DNA of 64,000 nucleotides. It comes from an uncultured bacterium (GTDB lineage Bacteria > Fermentibacterota > Fermentibacteria > Fermentibacterales > JCC-6). Both the position numbers and the translations under genes were made by a program. The notes under the pieces are model-generated. The model was not told where the DNA came from. It saw nothing but the letters and a program-made list of their open reading frames with translations, and did no database searches. The DNA lies in contig CAYREX010000002.1 of the NCBI GenBank assembly GCA_964423505.1, forward strand, positions 24,188-88,187, read 5' to 3'. Below are positions 1-7,634 of this stretch, piece by piece; positions within the stretch are counted from its first letter, which is position 1, and each line of letters begins with the position of its first letter.

Positions 1-308
1 AGGTCGTCGTCGACGTCCTCTCCGCGAAGCTGCTCCACCAGGCGGAGCTGACCGGCGCCCGGTCGGTGCTGGTCGCCGGCGGCGTTGCGGCCAACGGGCT
101 CCTGAGGCGAAGGCTCGGGGAGATCTGCTCGGAGCGCGACCTCGAGCTCCATCTCCCGGGGCCGGGCATGTCCACCGACAACGCCATCATGGTGGGCAGG
201 GCCGCGGCGGCTCTCCTCACTCGGGAGCCGGGCGCCTGCTCGCCGGCCGACTCCAACGCGTTCGCGCGGTGGACCGGCGAGCGCCTGGAGGTCCTCGTTG
301 CCCGCTGA
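1..308 (+). CDS. tsaD: tRNA N6-adenosine threonylcarbamoyltransferase TsaD, C-terminal fragment (5' end outside window)
   Basis: Frame-3 translation from base 3 gives ...VLVAGGVAANGLLRRRL...HLPGPGMSTDNAIMVG..., the conserved C-terminus of Kae1/TsaD. Stop TGA at 306-308. Confidence 0.75.
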   Translation, partial: VVVDVLSAKLLHQAELTGARSVLVAGGVAANGLLRRRLGEICSERDLELHLPGPGMSTDNAIMVGRAAAALLTREPGACSPADSNAFARWTGERLEVLVAR

Positions 309-333
309 GCCACCGGGCGCAGCGGGTCTTTCG

Positions 334-708
334 GTGGGAATTGACATGATCGGCATCCGGCGCATGGAGCTGGCCCTCGCCAGGGAGGGGGGGCGATTCC
401 GCTCGAGGGTCTTCACACCCGCGGAGCTGGAGGCGGGGGACGACCCGGCCTTCCTGGCGTCCCGCTGGGCCTTCAAGGAGGCCCTGCTGAAGGCTCTGGG
501 CACCGGCCTCTCCGGAGGGGCGACCTGGCTGGACATGGAGCTGCCCCCGGGGGAGCGGCTCCCGGCACCGCGGGTGAGTGGAGCGACGGCAAAGATGCTG
601 GCCGGGCGCCGTATATTCGTGAGCGTGAGCGTGACCGCCGACAGGGCGGCCGCCCTCGTGGTGCTGGAAGGGAAGGACGAAGGGAGCGGAGCATGGTCTA
701 CTGGGTGA
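334..708 (+). CDS. acpS: holo-[acyl-carrier-protein] synthase (4'-phosphopantetheinyl transferase)
   Basis: Translation VGIDMIGIRRME...FTPAELE...FLASRWAFKEALLKALGTG matches the AcpS family. GTG at 334 is the likely start; TTG 298 and ATG 346 are alternatives. Confidence 0.7.
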   Translation: MGIDMIGIRRMELALAREGGRFRSRVFTPAELEAGDDPAFLASRWAFKEALLKALGTGLSGGATWLDMELPPGERLPAPRVSGATAKMLAGRRIFVSVSVTADRAAALVVLEGKDEGSGAWSTG

Positions 709-2240
709 CACCGGAGGAGATGGCCCTGATGGACCGGAGGACCATAGAGGCGGGCACGCCGGGCCATGTGCTGATGGAGCGCGCCGGGGTCGCCGTGGCC
801 GAAGCCGCTTCGAGGCTGGCCTCCCCGTCGGACGGGCCGGTCCACGTCTGGTGCGGGCGCGGCAACAACGGCGGCGACGGCTTCGTTGTCGCAAGGCACC
901 TTCTCCTCTCCGGCTACGACGTCCTGCTCGTGCTGGCCGCGGAGGAGGAGGTAGGGCTCTCCCCCGACTGCGCCCTGAACAGAGAGCGCTTCGTCGACTC
1001 GGGCGGTGACGTCCTCTACGCCGACAGCGCGGGCTCACTGCCCGGCGAGCCCGCCCTGACCGTGGACGCGCTACTGGGGACCGGCTTCCGGGGGAGGCTG
1101 CGGGGAACCGTAGCCGAGTGCCTCCGGGCGATGGCCCGGGGCGGGGGGAGGGTGCTCGCCGTGGACACGCCTACCGGGGTGGACTGCGGCACCGGCCAGG
1201 TCGACCCGCTCACCCTGCGGGCCACCGCAACGGTCACCTTCGCCGCGCCGAAGGTCGGCCTGCTGCTTCCCCCCGGCTGCGGGATGACCGGGGCGGTGCT
1301 GGTTGCCGACATCGGCATAGAGGTGGACGAGGACCCTTCCAGGAGGGCGTTGGACATGGCCGGGGCGAGGGCCCTCCTGCCGGAGAGACCGGCCGGCGCC
1401 CACAAGGGCACCTTCGGCAGGCTGCTGCTGGTCGGCGGCTCCGAGGCCATGACGGGGGCGCCGCAGCTCATGGCCATGGGAGCCCTCCGCTCCGGCGCCG
1501 GGCTGGTCACCCTCTGCGTGCCCGACGAGGCCTACCCGCTGGTGGCCGGGCGGGTACCGGAGACCCTGGGCGCCCGGTTCAGGAGGACCGACCCCGGCTC
1601 GCTGCCGGACCCCGGCGGCTTCGACGCAGCAGCCCTGGGGCCTGGCATGGGGAACGACTCCTGCACGGCGGCGACGGTAGGACACGTGCTCTCCGGCTGG
1701 AGCGTGCCGCTGGTGCTGGATGCCGACGGCCTGAACGCCCTCGAGGACCCGGTATCCCAGCTCTCCGCATACGGCGGTCCCCTGGTGCTCACCCCGCATC
1801 CGGGGGAGCTCTCCAGGCTGACCGGCTGCGACCCGTCGGACCAGCCGGGCTGCGTGGAGGCCGCCCTGCGGCTCTCCGCGGACACCGGGGCGGCGGTGCT
1901 CCTTAAGGGGAGGCCGACCCGGGTCCTCTCGCCCGACGGCTCGGTAACCCTTGTGGCGGCCGGAAACGACGGCCTCTCCACCGGTGGCAGCGGAGACGTG
2001 CTGACCGGGATGGTCTGCGGGCTCCTCGGGCAGGGTCTGCGGGCCGGAGATGCCGCCGCACTGGCCGCATGGGTACACGGGGCGGCCGCCGAGGCGGCCG
2101 CCTCCAGGACATCGACGAGGTCCCTCCTGCCCACGGAGGTCGCCGACTCCATTGGCGAGACCTTCCGGGCCGTCGAGCTCGGCAGGCCGGAGGGCCTCCT
2201 GACCTCCGGAGGGAGATGGACGCATGAGCTCGCGGACTGA
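693..2240 (+). CDS. nnr: bifunctional NAD(P)H-hydrate epimerase / ADP-dependent dehydratase (YjeF N+C domains)
   Basis: N-terminal YjeF_N motifs (VTPEEMALMDRRTIEAG...GRGNNGGDG). C-terminal carbohydrate-kinase-like domain (GTFGRLLLVGGSEAMTGAPQLMAMGALRSGAGLVTL ... GSGDVLTG). Confidence 0.8.
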   Translation: MVYWVTPEEMALMDRRTIEAGTPGHVLMERAGVAVAEAASRLASPSDGPVHVWCGRGNNGGDGFVVARHLLLSGYDVLLVLAAEEEVGLSPDCALNRERFVDSGGDVLYADSAGSLPGEPALTVDALLGTGFRGRLRGTVAECLRAMARGGGRVLAVDTPTGVDCGTGQVDPLTLRATATVTFAAPKVGLLLPPGCGMTGAVLVADIGIEVDEDPSRRALDMAGARALLPERPAGAHKGTFGRLLLVGGSEAMTGAPQLMAMGALRSGAGLVTLCVPDEAYPLVAGRVPETLGARFRRTDPGSLPDPGGFDAAALGPGMGNDSCTAATVGHVLSGWSVPLVLDADGLNALEDPVSQLSAYGGPLVLTPHPGELSRLTGCDPSDQPGCVEAALRLSADTGAAVLLKGRPTRVLSPDGSVTLVAAGNDGLSTGGSGDVLTGMVCGLLGQGLRAGDAAALAAWVHGAAAEAAASRTSTRSLLPTEVADSIGETFRAVELGRPEGLLTSGGRWTHELAD

Positions 2241-2793
2241 CATTGGCAGGGAAGAGGCGCTGGAGCTGCTGGAGGAGAACCTCGGGAACATCAACCTAAG
2301 GAGACACTGCCTGGCCACCGAGGCGGTCATGCGCCGGGTGGCTCCCCGCTCCGGCGGGGACCCGGAGCTCTGGGGGCTCACCGGCCTTCTGCACGACCTG
2401 GACTACGAGAGGACGTCCGACGACTTCTCCCGGCACGGCATGGTGACGGCCGAGATGCTGGAGGGCAGGCTCCCGGAGGAGGCCCTGAGGGCCATAAGGG
2501 CCCACAACGCGGAGCACACCGGGGTCCGGCGGGAGAGCGACCTGGAGCACCTGCTGGCCGCCGGCGAGTCGCTGACCGGGCTCATCGTGGCCACCGCCCT
2601 TGTCTACCCGGACAGGAAGATAGCCGGCGTGAAGCCGAAGTCGGTCCTGAAGAGGATGCGGATGAGCGCCTTCGCCCGCTCGGTGCCCAGGGAGACCATC
2701 AGGGAGTGCGAGCAGGCCGGCTGGGAGCTCCGCGACTTCGTCACGGAGGCGCTGGAGGCCATGAAGGGCATCTCGGACGACCTGGGCCTCTAG
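2224..2793 (+). CDS. HD-domain metal-dependent phosphohydrolase
   Basis: 189-aa ORF with an H...LLHDLDY HD motif. Overlaps the nnr 3' end by 17 nt. Confidence 0.55.
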   Translation: MSSRTDIGREEALELLEENLGNINLRRHCLATEAVMRRVAPRSGGDPELWGLTGLLHDLDYERTSDDFSRHGMVTAEMLEGRLPEEALRAIRAHNAEHTGVRRESDLEHLLAAGESLTGLIVATALVYPDRKIAGVKPKSVLKRMRMSAFARSVPRETIRECEQAGWELRDFVTEALEAMKGISDDLGL

Positions 2794-2861
2794 CCACGGC
2801 GCCCCGCCCGGGGGGGCACCGACAACGGCCGACGGGACCGAAGCAGCCGACGAGGGGACGC

Positions 2862-4076
2862 ATGGAGTTCTCCGACATCAGGTTCGTCGTAGACTTCGCG
2901 GTGATAGTCATCGCGGCGAAGGCCGCCGGCAGGCTCGTGCATCGCTTCCTCGGACAGCCCAGCGTCATAGGCGAGCTGCTGGTCGGGATGCTCATAGGAC
3001 CCTACGCACTGGGCTCTCTGGACATACCGGGCATCGGGCCGCTCTTCCTGGTGGACGACGAGGGGCTCTTCCGGGAGGGGCTGCTCCACGGGATAACCAT
3101 CGTGGGGATAGTCACCCTCCTCTTCTCGGCGGGACTCGAGACCGACCTCCGCAGGTTCCTCCGCTACGCTCCGAAGGGGCTGGCCATCGGCCTGGGGGGA
3201 GCAATTTTCGGCTTCGCATCCGGAGGCGCGGCGCTGCTACTCTGGGGGGGCGCCGCCGGTCTCGCCGACCCGAGGGTACTGGCTCTGGGGGCGATATCCG
3301 CGGCCACCTCCATATCGCTCACCGTACGGGTGCTCATCGACATGAGGAAGCTGGACTCGCCGGAGAGCGCGACCATCCTCTCGGCCGCGGTGATAGACGA
3401 CGTGATCGGCCTCGTGCTCCTCACCGTGGTTCTCGGGATGGCCGGGCATGGCGGCTCCGTCTCCATGGGGAGCGTTGGCCTGATAGTGCTGAAGGGCTTC
3501 GGCTTCTTCGCGCTGCTCCTTGCCGTCGGGCTCGCCCTGCAGGGACGCATCCTGGCCGGCATCAGGAGGCTCGGCGGCGACTCTGCCCAGGCCGCTGCCG
3601 CGCTGGCCCTCGGGATGCTGGCCGCCGGCCTTGCCGAGATGGCCGGCCTGGCGATGGTGGTCGGCGCCTACGTCATGGGCCTCGGCCTCTCGGGCTCCCG
3701 CACCGCGAGGCACATCTCCTCGAGACTGGAGACGGTGAGGGAGCTGCTGGTGCCGGTCTTCTTCTGCGTCACCGGCATGATGGTCGACTTCAGGACCTTC
3801 GGCTCTGTCATCCGGCTGGGGCTGCTCTATACCGTGCTCTGCGTCGTCGGGAAGTACCTCGGCTGCATGGTGCCGGCCAGGCTCTCCGGCTTCACGCCAA
3901 GGCAGTCGAAGGCCATCGGCGTGGGGATGCTACCCAGGCTCGAGGTGGGCCTGGTGGCGGCCAGCATGGCCATGGTCCGTGGCCTCATAGGCGGCCGGGA
4001 CATGGCCGTGGCCATGATAATGATAATCGTCTCTGCGGTGATAACCCCTCCGCTCCTGCAGAGGACGCTGCGCTAG
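2862..4076 (+). CDS. monovalent cation:proton antiporter, CPA2 (Kef/NapA-like) family
   Basis: ATG 2862 (MEFSDIRFVVDFAVIVIAAKAAGRL...) followed by 10-12 hydrophobic helices, with the typical GELLVGMLIGP motif. The longer N-terminal extension in the track is probably not translated. Confidence 0.7.
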   Translation: MEFSDIRFVVDFAVIVIAAKAAGRLVHRFLGQPSVIGELLVGMLIGPYALGSLDIPGIGPLFLVDDEGLFREGLLHGITIVGIVTLLFSAGLETDLRRFLRYAPKGLAIGLGGAIFGFASGGAALLLWGGAAGLADPRVLALGAISAATSISLTVRVLIDMRKLDSPESATILSAAVIDDVIGLVLLTVVLGMAGHGGSVSMGSVGLIVLKGFGFFALLLAVGLALQGRILAGIRRLGGDSAQAAAALALGMLAAGLAEMAGLAMVVGAYVMGLGLSGSRTARHISSRLETVRELLVPVFFCVTGMMVDFRTFGSVIRLGLLYTVLCVVGKYLGCMVPARLSGFTPRQSKAIGVGMLPRLEVGLVAASMAMVRGLIGGRDMAVAMIMIIVSAVITPPLLQRTLR

Positions 4077-5176
4077 CTCGACGGGGGAGGATCGATGGTC
4101 GCTGCGACCCGGATGCTCCCCGGCACCAGGGGGTCCGGACCCCTGACGGAGCCGGTGAGTATCCTCGCCACCTCCCTGCATCCGCCGTCGCAGCCGCCCA
4201 TATGCCTGCACGGCAGGCACTCCCGGGGCAGGACCCCCCCCCTCCTGTAGGCCATCCAGACATCGCTGGCGCGAAGGCCCTCCCGGTCCCCCGCCATTGC
4301 CAGCCTCAGCTCGGAGTGGTTGCACGCCCGCACCCACCCGGAGGGGCCGACCACGAAGAACCCGGTGGCCGCGCTGCACCTGGAGCCGAAGGAGAGGCTC
4401 GGGTAGTCCTCCTGCCGCGCCACGCAGGGGGGGATCTCCGTGCCCACCGAGCCCCTCCTGCCGGCGCGGGAGAGCACCTCCTCCGCCGTCTCCAGCATCC
4501 GCACCACCCGCCCTCGGTCCAGCTCCAGGCGCTCCCTGTTGGCCAGGCCCCTGCCGCCGGGCAGGAAGCGGTTGAGGAGGACACCGGAAGCCCCGGCGAG
4601 CAGCGCGGCGGCGATGGTCCTGTCCAGCTCATCGAGCCCCGGGGCGGTCACGGCGATGTTGGCGGTGACCCGCAGGCCCTTCGACGAGGCTCTCCGGATG
4701 GCTTCGAGGGCCCTGTCCGGATCGCCGCCCCCGGTAAGGGTCCGATAGGTGGAGAGGCCGGGGAGGCTGACGCTCAGGGCCGCCCCGACGGACGCCAGCA
4801 GCCCCGTCAGCCGGTTCGGCAGCGACCTGCCGCAGGTGAGCAGCGTCAGCTCCGGTGGGCCCTGGCGCCAGGATACTCCCGCCCCCTCCGGCTCCGGGTG
4901 CCTGGCCTCCGTGGAGGCGAGGTGACCGACTATCGCCTCCAGGTCCTCCCTGAGCGTCGGCTCGCCGCCGGTCAGGGCGAATCGGCTCACGCCGTCGTCC
5001 ACCAGTCCGTCCACCACGGCTGTCCACGCCCCGGTCCCCAGCTCAGGCAGCCGCGCGAAGCCGCCTCCCGGCCTCTCCCACGGGCAGGAGCAGAAGAGGC
5101 AGGAGTGGGGGCACCGGTAGGTCAGCTCGAGGACGGCCACTTGGGGCAGGTGGCCACCCGGCTCCCCCCGGGTCAC
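4073..5176 (-). CDS. radical SAM enzyme with C-terminal SPASM auxiliary-cluster domain (protein/peptide-modifying maturase candidate)
   Basis: CxxxCxxC (LTYRCPHSCLFCSCPW) plus FALTGGEPTL. C-terminal 7-Cys SPASM pattern (CVARQ...CSAATGFF...CNHSELRL...CLPCRHMGGCDGGC). GTG start at 5176 overlaps the upstream gene's stop as GTGA. Its stop shares a CTAG palindrome with the convergent antiporter stop. Confidence 0.7.
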   Translation of the reverse strand: MTRGEPGGHLPQVAVLELTYRCPHSCLFCSCPWERPGGGFARLPELGTGAWTAVVDGLVDDGVSRFALTGGEPTLREDLEAIVGHLASTEARHPEPEGAGVSWRQGPPELTLLTCGRSLPNRLTGLLASVGAALSVSLPGLSTYRTLTGGGDPDRALEAIRRASSKGLRVTANIAVTAPGLDELDRTIAAALLAGASGVLLNRFLPGGRGLANRERLELDRGRVVRMLETAEEVLSRAGRRGSVGTEIPPCVARQEDYPSLSFGSRCSAATGFFVVGPSGWVRACNHSELRLAMAGDREGLRASDVWMAYRRGGVLPRECLPCRHMGGCDGGCREVARILTGSVRGPDPLVPGSIRVAATIDPPPSS

Positions 5177-5802
5177 TCCCCGGCCGGGTCCCCGTCGAGT
5201 CCCAGCAGGCCGGCGAGCCTCTGGAGCTCCGACCTCAGAGGCATGTGCGCGTCGTTGTCGGTCACGTAGTAGAGCTCGCCGTCGATGAGCCCGGCGAGCA
5301 TCCTGAGCTCGGAGACGGTGACGTCGCTGCGGTGCTCGGCGCCGTCCTCCCAGGTTACCAGGAGGTCTATGCCCCGGTCCGCGGAATCGCCGCCGCAGCT
5401 GCTGCAGAGACCGGACTCGTCCAGTACGAAGGAGGCGTCCGTCAGCTCGTCCATGGCGGCGACGAGCCTCCTCGCCTCCGGCAGCTCCCTCTCGAGCCAG
5501 GCGAGCTCCCAGTCGCCGCCGAACAGGGTGGTGTCGCCGCATGCCGGACAGACGTGCTGGACCACGTCGGGGACTGCTATCGGCTCGTAGCACATGGCCC
5601 CCATCACCGGCTCCGGCTCCTCCGATGAGCCCACCCTCTCGAGGAGCGCCTCCACGTCGTCCCGGGTGAGACCCTTCATGTACCTGGCGGTCATGGACTT
5701 GGGGACGTGACGGTGACCGCCGCGGAGTGCGCCGCCCGAGCGCAGAGAGCCGGCCGCGAGAACTGCGCCGGCCACCACCAGCGCAAGGATGACGTACTGC
5801 AT
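5173..5802 (-). CDS. secreted/membrane-anchored hypothetical protein with two CxxCGD motifs
   Basis: ATG 5802 preceded by an AGGGAGG RBS. N-terminal signal/TM (MQYVILALVVAGAVLAAGSL). Motifs CPACGDTTLFGGD and CSSCGGDSADRGID. Translationally coupled to the radical SAM gene. Confidence 0.55.
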   Translation of the reverse strand: MQYVILALVVAGAVLAAGSLRSGGALRGGHRHVPKSMTARYMKGLTRDDVEALLERVGSSEEPEPVMGAMCYEPIAVPDVVQHVCPACGDTTLFGGDWELAWLERELPEARRLVAAMDELTDASFVLDESGLCSSCGGDSADRGIDLLVTWEDGAEHRSDVTVSELRMLAGLIDGELYYVTDNDAHMPLRSELQRLAGLLGLDGDPAGE

Positions 5803-5854
5803 TCGAACCTCCCTGCTCCGGCCCGGGACGCTCGGCGGCCCGGGCGTGACGCCC

Positions 5855-7027
5855 TCAGTCCAGCAGCACCACCGGCGCCGACAGGCGCCGCCCCAGGGCC
5901 TCCATCACCACCACGTAGACCCCGGGAGGGGCCTCCCCCTCCCACTCGAAAGCGCTCCGGCCAGCCGGCAGGGCGGCATCGTGAAGGAGCTCCAGGAGCC
6001 TGCCGCGGAGGTCGTAGACCGCCAGCTCCACCCGGCCGGGCTCCTCGAGTCTGACTACGAGGGAGACGGCCCCCGTGGCCGGGCTCGGCGAGGGGGGCGA
6101 GAGCAACGTCCCGGAAGGGTTGCCGGTCTCCCCCGCGCTCTCGTACTCCTCCCACCGGAAGGTGCTCCTGCTGCTGTTCACCCAGCTCCCTCCGGACCGG
6201 GTCCTCGCCACGACCATGTTGTTGTTGCCGTGGACGTCGTAGGAGTACTGGTAGTGCATCCAGTCGACCCAGCCGTCCTCCCAGGTCTCGTAGAGCACCT
6301 CGGAGAGCCGCCCGCCCGAGTAGGTGTAGCTGCACAGCAGGGAGCTCTCCCATGCGGAGCCGGACCAGTCGCTCAGGAGGGACTCGCTGAGGAGGTCGCC
6401 CTGGTAGGTGTAGGTGGTGAGGGAGTGGTTCACCCATGAGCTGCCGGACCAGCTCCGGCCGAGCGTCTCCGAGAGCAGCTCCCCCCGGTAGTCGTAGGTG
6501 TACAGCCAGGAGTTCTCCCAGGAGTCGGCGGCGCTCCAGGTCCGGACGAGGGACTCCGTCATGTTGCCCGACTGGTACTCGTAGGTGGTCAGCGTGCTGT
6601 TGACCCAGCCGCCGGACCACGTCTGAGTGAGAACCTGCCGCGGCTCCTCCCCGCCTTCGTAGGTGTAGGTGCTCAGCTGGCGGTCCTGCCAGGACGAGCC
6701 GGAGCGCTGCTGGTAGAGCATGGTCTCCAGCCTCTCCTGGGAGTCGTATCCGTAGACGTAACGGTAGGAGCTCTCCCAGGAGCTGCCGTCCCAGGTCTCG
6801 TAGAGGACCTCCGCGATTCGGTCGTCGTCCTCTCCGACGTAGGTGTACGTCGCCCTGGTGGTGTAGTCCCAGGAGCCGCCGGACCAGCTCTCGTAGGTGG
6901 CCTCGGTCATCCGGTAGGCGCTCCCCGCAGGCGGCTGCGGCGCCGGATACCCCTCCGGCGGAGGCGAGCCGGACGCCGGGCAGGGCGCGGTCAGACCGAG
7001 GCAGAGAGCCATCAGCAGAGGGTGCAT
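5855..7027 (-). CDS. secreted tandem-repeat protein (approx. 9x ~20-aa W-S-G-S-S-W...Y-T-Y repeats) with T9SS/FlgD-Ig-like C-terminal sorting domain
   Basis: ATG 7027 with GAGAGGAG RBS. Signal peptide MHPLLMALCLGLTAPC. Repeats such as ESWSGGSWDYTTRATYTY, ETWDGSSWESSYRYVYGY, RSWSGSSWVNHSLTTYTYQG. C-terminus VELAVYDLRGRLL...GVYVVVMEALGRRLSAPVVLLD resembles the Por-secretion CTD. Confidence 0.6.
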   Translation of the reverse strand: MHPLLMALCLGLTAPCPASGSPPPEGYPAPQPPAGSAYRMTEATYESWSGGSWDYTTRATYTYVGEDDDRIAEVLYETWDGSSWESSYRYVYGYDSQERLETMLYQQRSGSSWQDRQLSTYTYEGGEEPRQVLTQTWSGGWVNSTLTTYEYQSGNMTESLVRTWSAADSWENSWLYTYDYRGELLSETLGRSWSGSSWVNHSLTTYTYQGDLLSESLLSDWSGSAWESSLLCSYTYSGGRLSEVLYETWEDGWVDWMHYQYSYDVHGNNNMVVARTRSGGSWVNSSRSTFRWEEYESAGETGNPSGTLLSPPSPSPATGAVSLVVRLEEPGRVELAVYDLRGRLLELLHDAALPAGRSAFEWEGEAPPGVYVVVMEALGRRLSAPVVLLD

Positions 7028-7058
7028 CGGGGCTCCTCTCGCGGCCGGGCGGTGCGGG

Positions 7059-7634
7059 TCAGAGCCGGCGGCCCTCCTCGAAGGCCCGTGCGTTGACCTC
7101 CAGCGCCTTCGGGGGGACACGCTCCTCCAGGGCCTTGCTCCAGTTCTCCTCCTCTATGGGGAGGTGGGGGGAGATGGCGCCGAGGAGCACCACGTTGACC
7201 ACCTTCATGTTGCCGAGCTCCTCCGCCTTCTCCAGGGCGGGGATGGTCCTGCAGGGGATGCCCCTCTCCTCTATGATGGCATCAACGTCGGGATAGACGG
7301 CGGAGCCGGTCTGGACGGTCATCGGGTTTATCTCCAGGTCGCAGGCGACTATCCTGCCCTCCGGCGCCAGGTAGGGGGCCCACCTGAGGGCCTCCATCTT
7401 CTCCATGGCGAGTATCATGTCGGCGGCGCCCTTCTCCACCAGGGGGCTGTAGACCTTTTCCCCGAAGCGCACGTGGCTGGAGACGCTCCCCCCCCTCTGG
7501 GCCATCCCGTGCACCTCGCTCTTCTTGACATCGAATCCCTGGTGCATGGCCGCCGAGCAGAGCACCTCGCTTGCGAGCAGGATTCCCTGCCCGCCGGTGC
7601 CGCAGATTATGACGTTGAAGGCCTCCTCCATCAT
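7059..7634 (-). CDS. iorB: indolepyruvate ferredoxin oxidoreductase subunit beta
   Basis: MMEEAFNVIICGTGGQGILLASEVL...; 191 aa. ATG overlaps the iorA stop (ATGA). Confidence 0.85.
   Translation of the reverse strand: MMEEAFNVIICGTGGQGILLASEVLCSAAMHQGFDVKKSEVHGMAQRGGSVSSHVRFGEKVYSPLVEKGAADMILAMEKMEALRWAPYLAPEGRIVACDLEINPMTVQTGSAVYPDVDAIIEERGIPCRTIPALEKAEELGNMKVVNVVLLGAISPHLPIEEENWSKALEERVPPKALEVNARAFEEGRRL

Noticed and set aside
66-308. Track ORF 66..308 presented as an 80-aa protein.
   Set aside because: It is the in-frame tail of tsaD, which continues to base 1 and beyond. The GTG at 66 is not the real start.
2706-2861. 52-aa Arg/Pro/Gly-rich N-terminal extension on the antiporter ORF.
   Set aside because: A better start (ATG 2862, MEFSDIRF...) directly precedes the first TM helix. 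The extension overlaps the upstream HD gene and has no membrane-protein character.
5803-5854. Hairpin GCCCGGG-N11-CCCGGGC between the repeat-protein gene and the signal-protein gene.
   Set aside because: It lacks a U-tract and lies immediately before an RBS. It is more likely a structured leader or attenuator than a terminator. The evidence is too thin to call.
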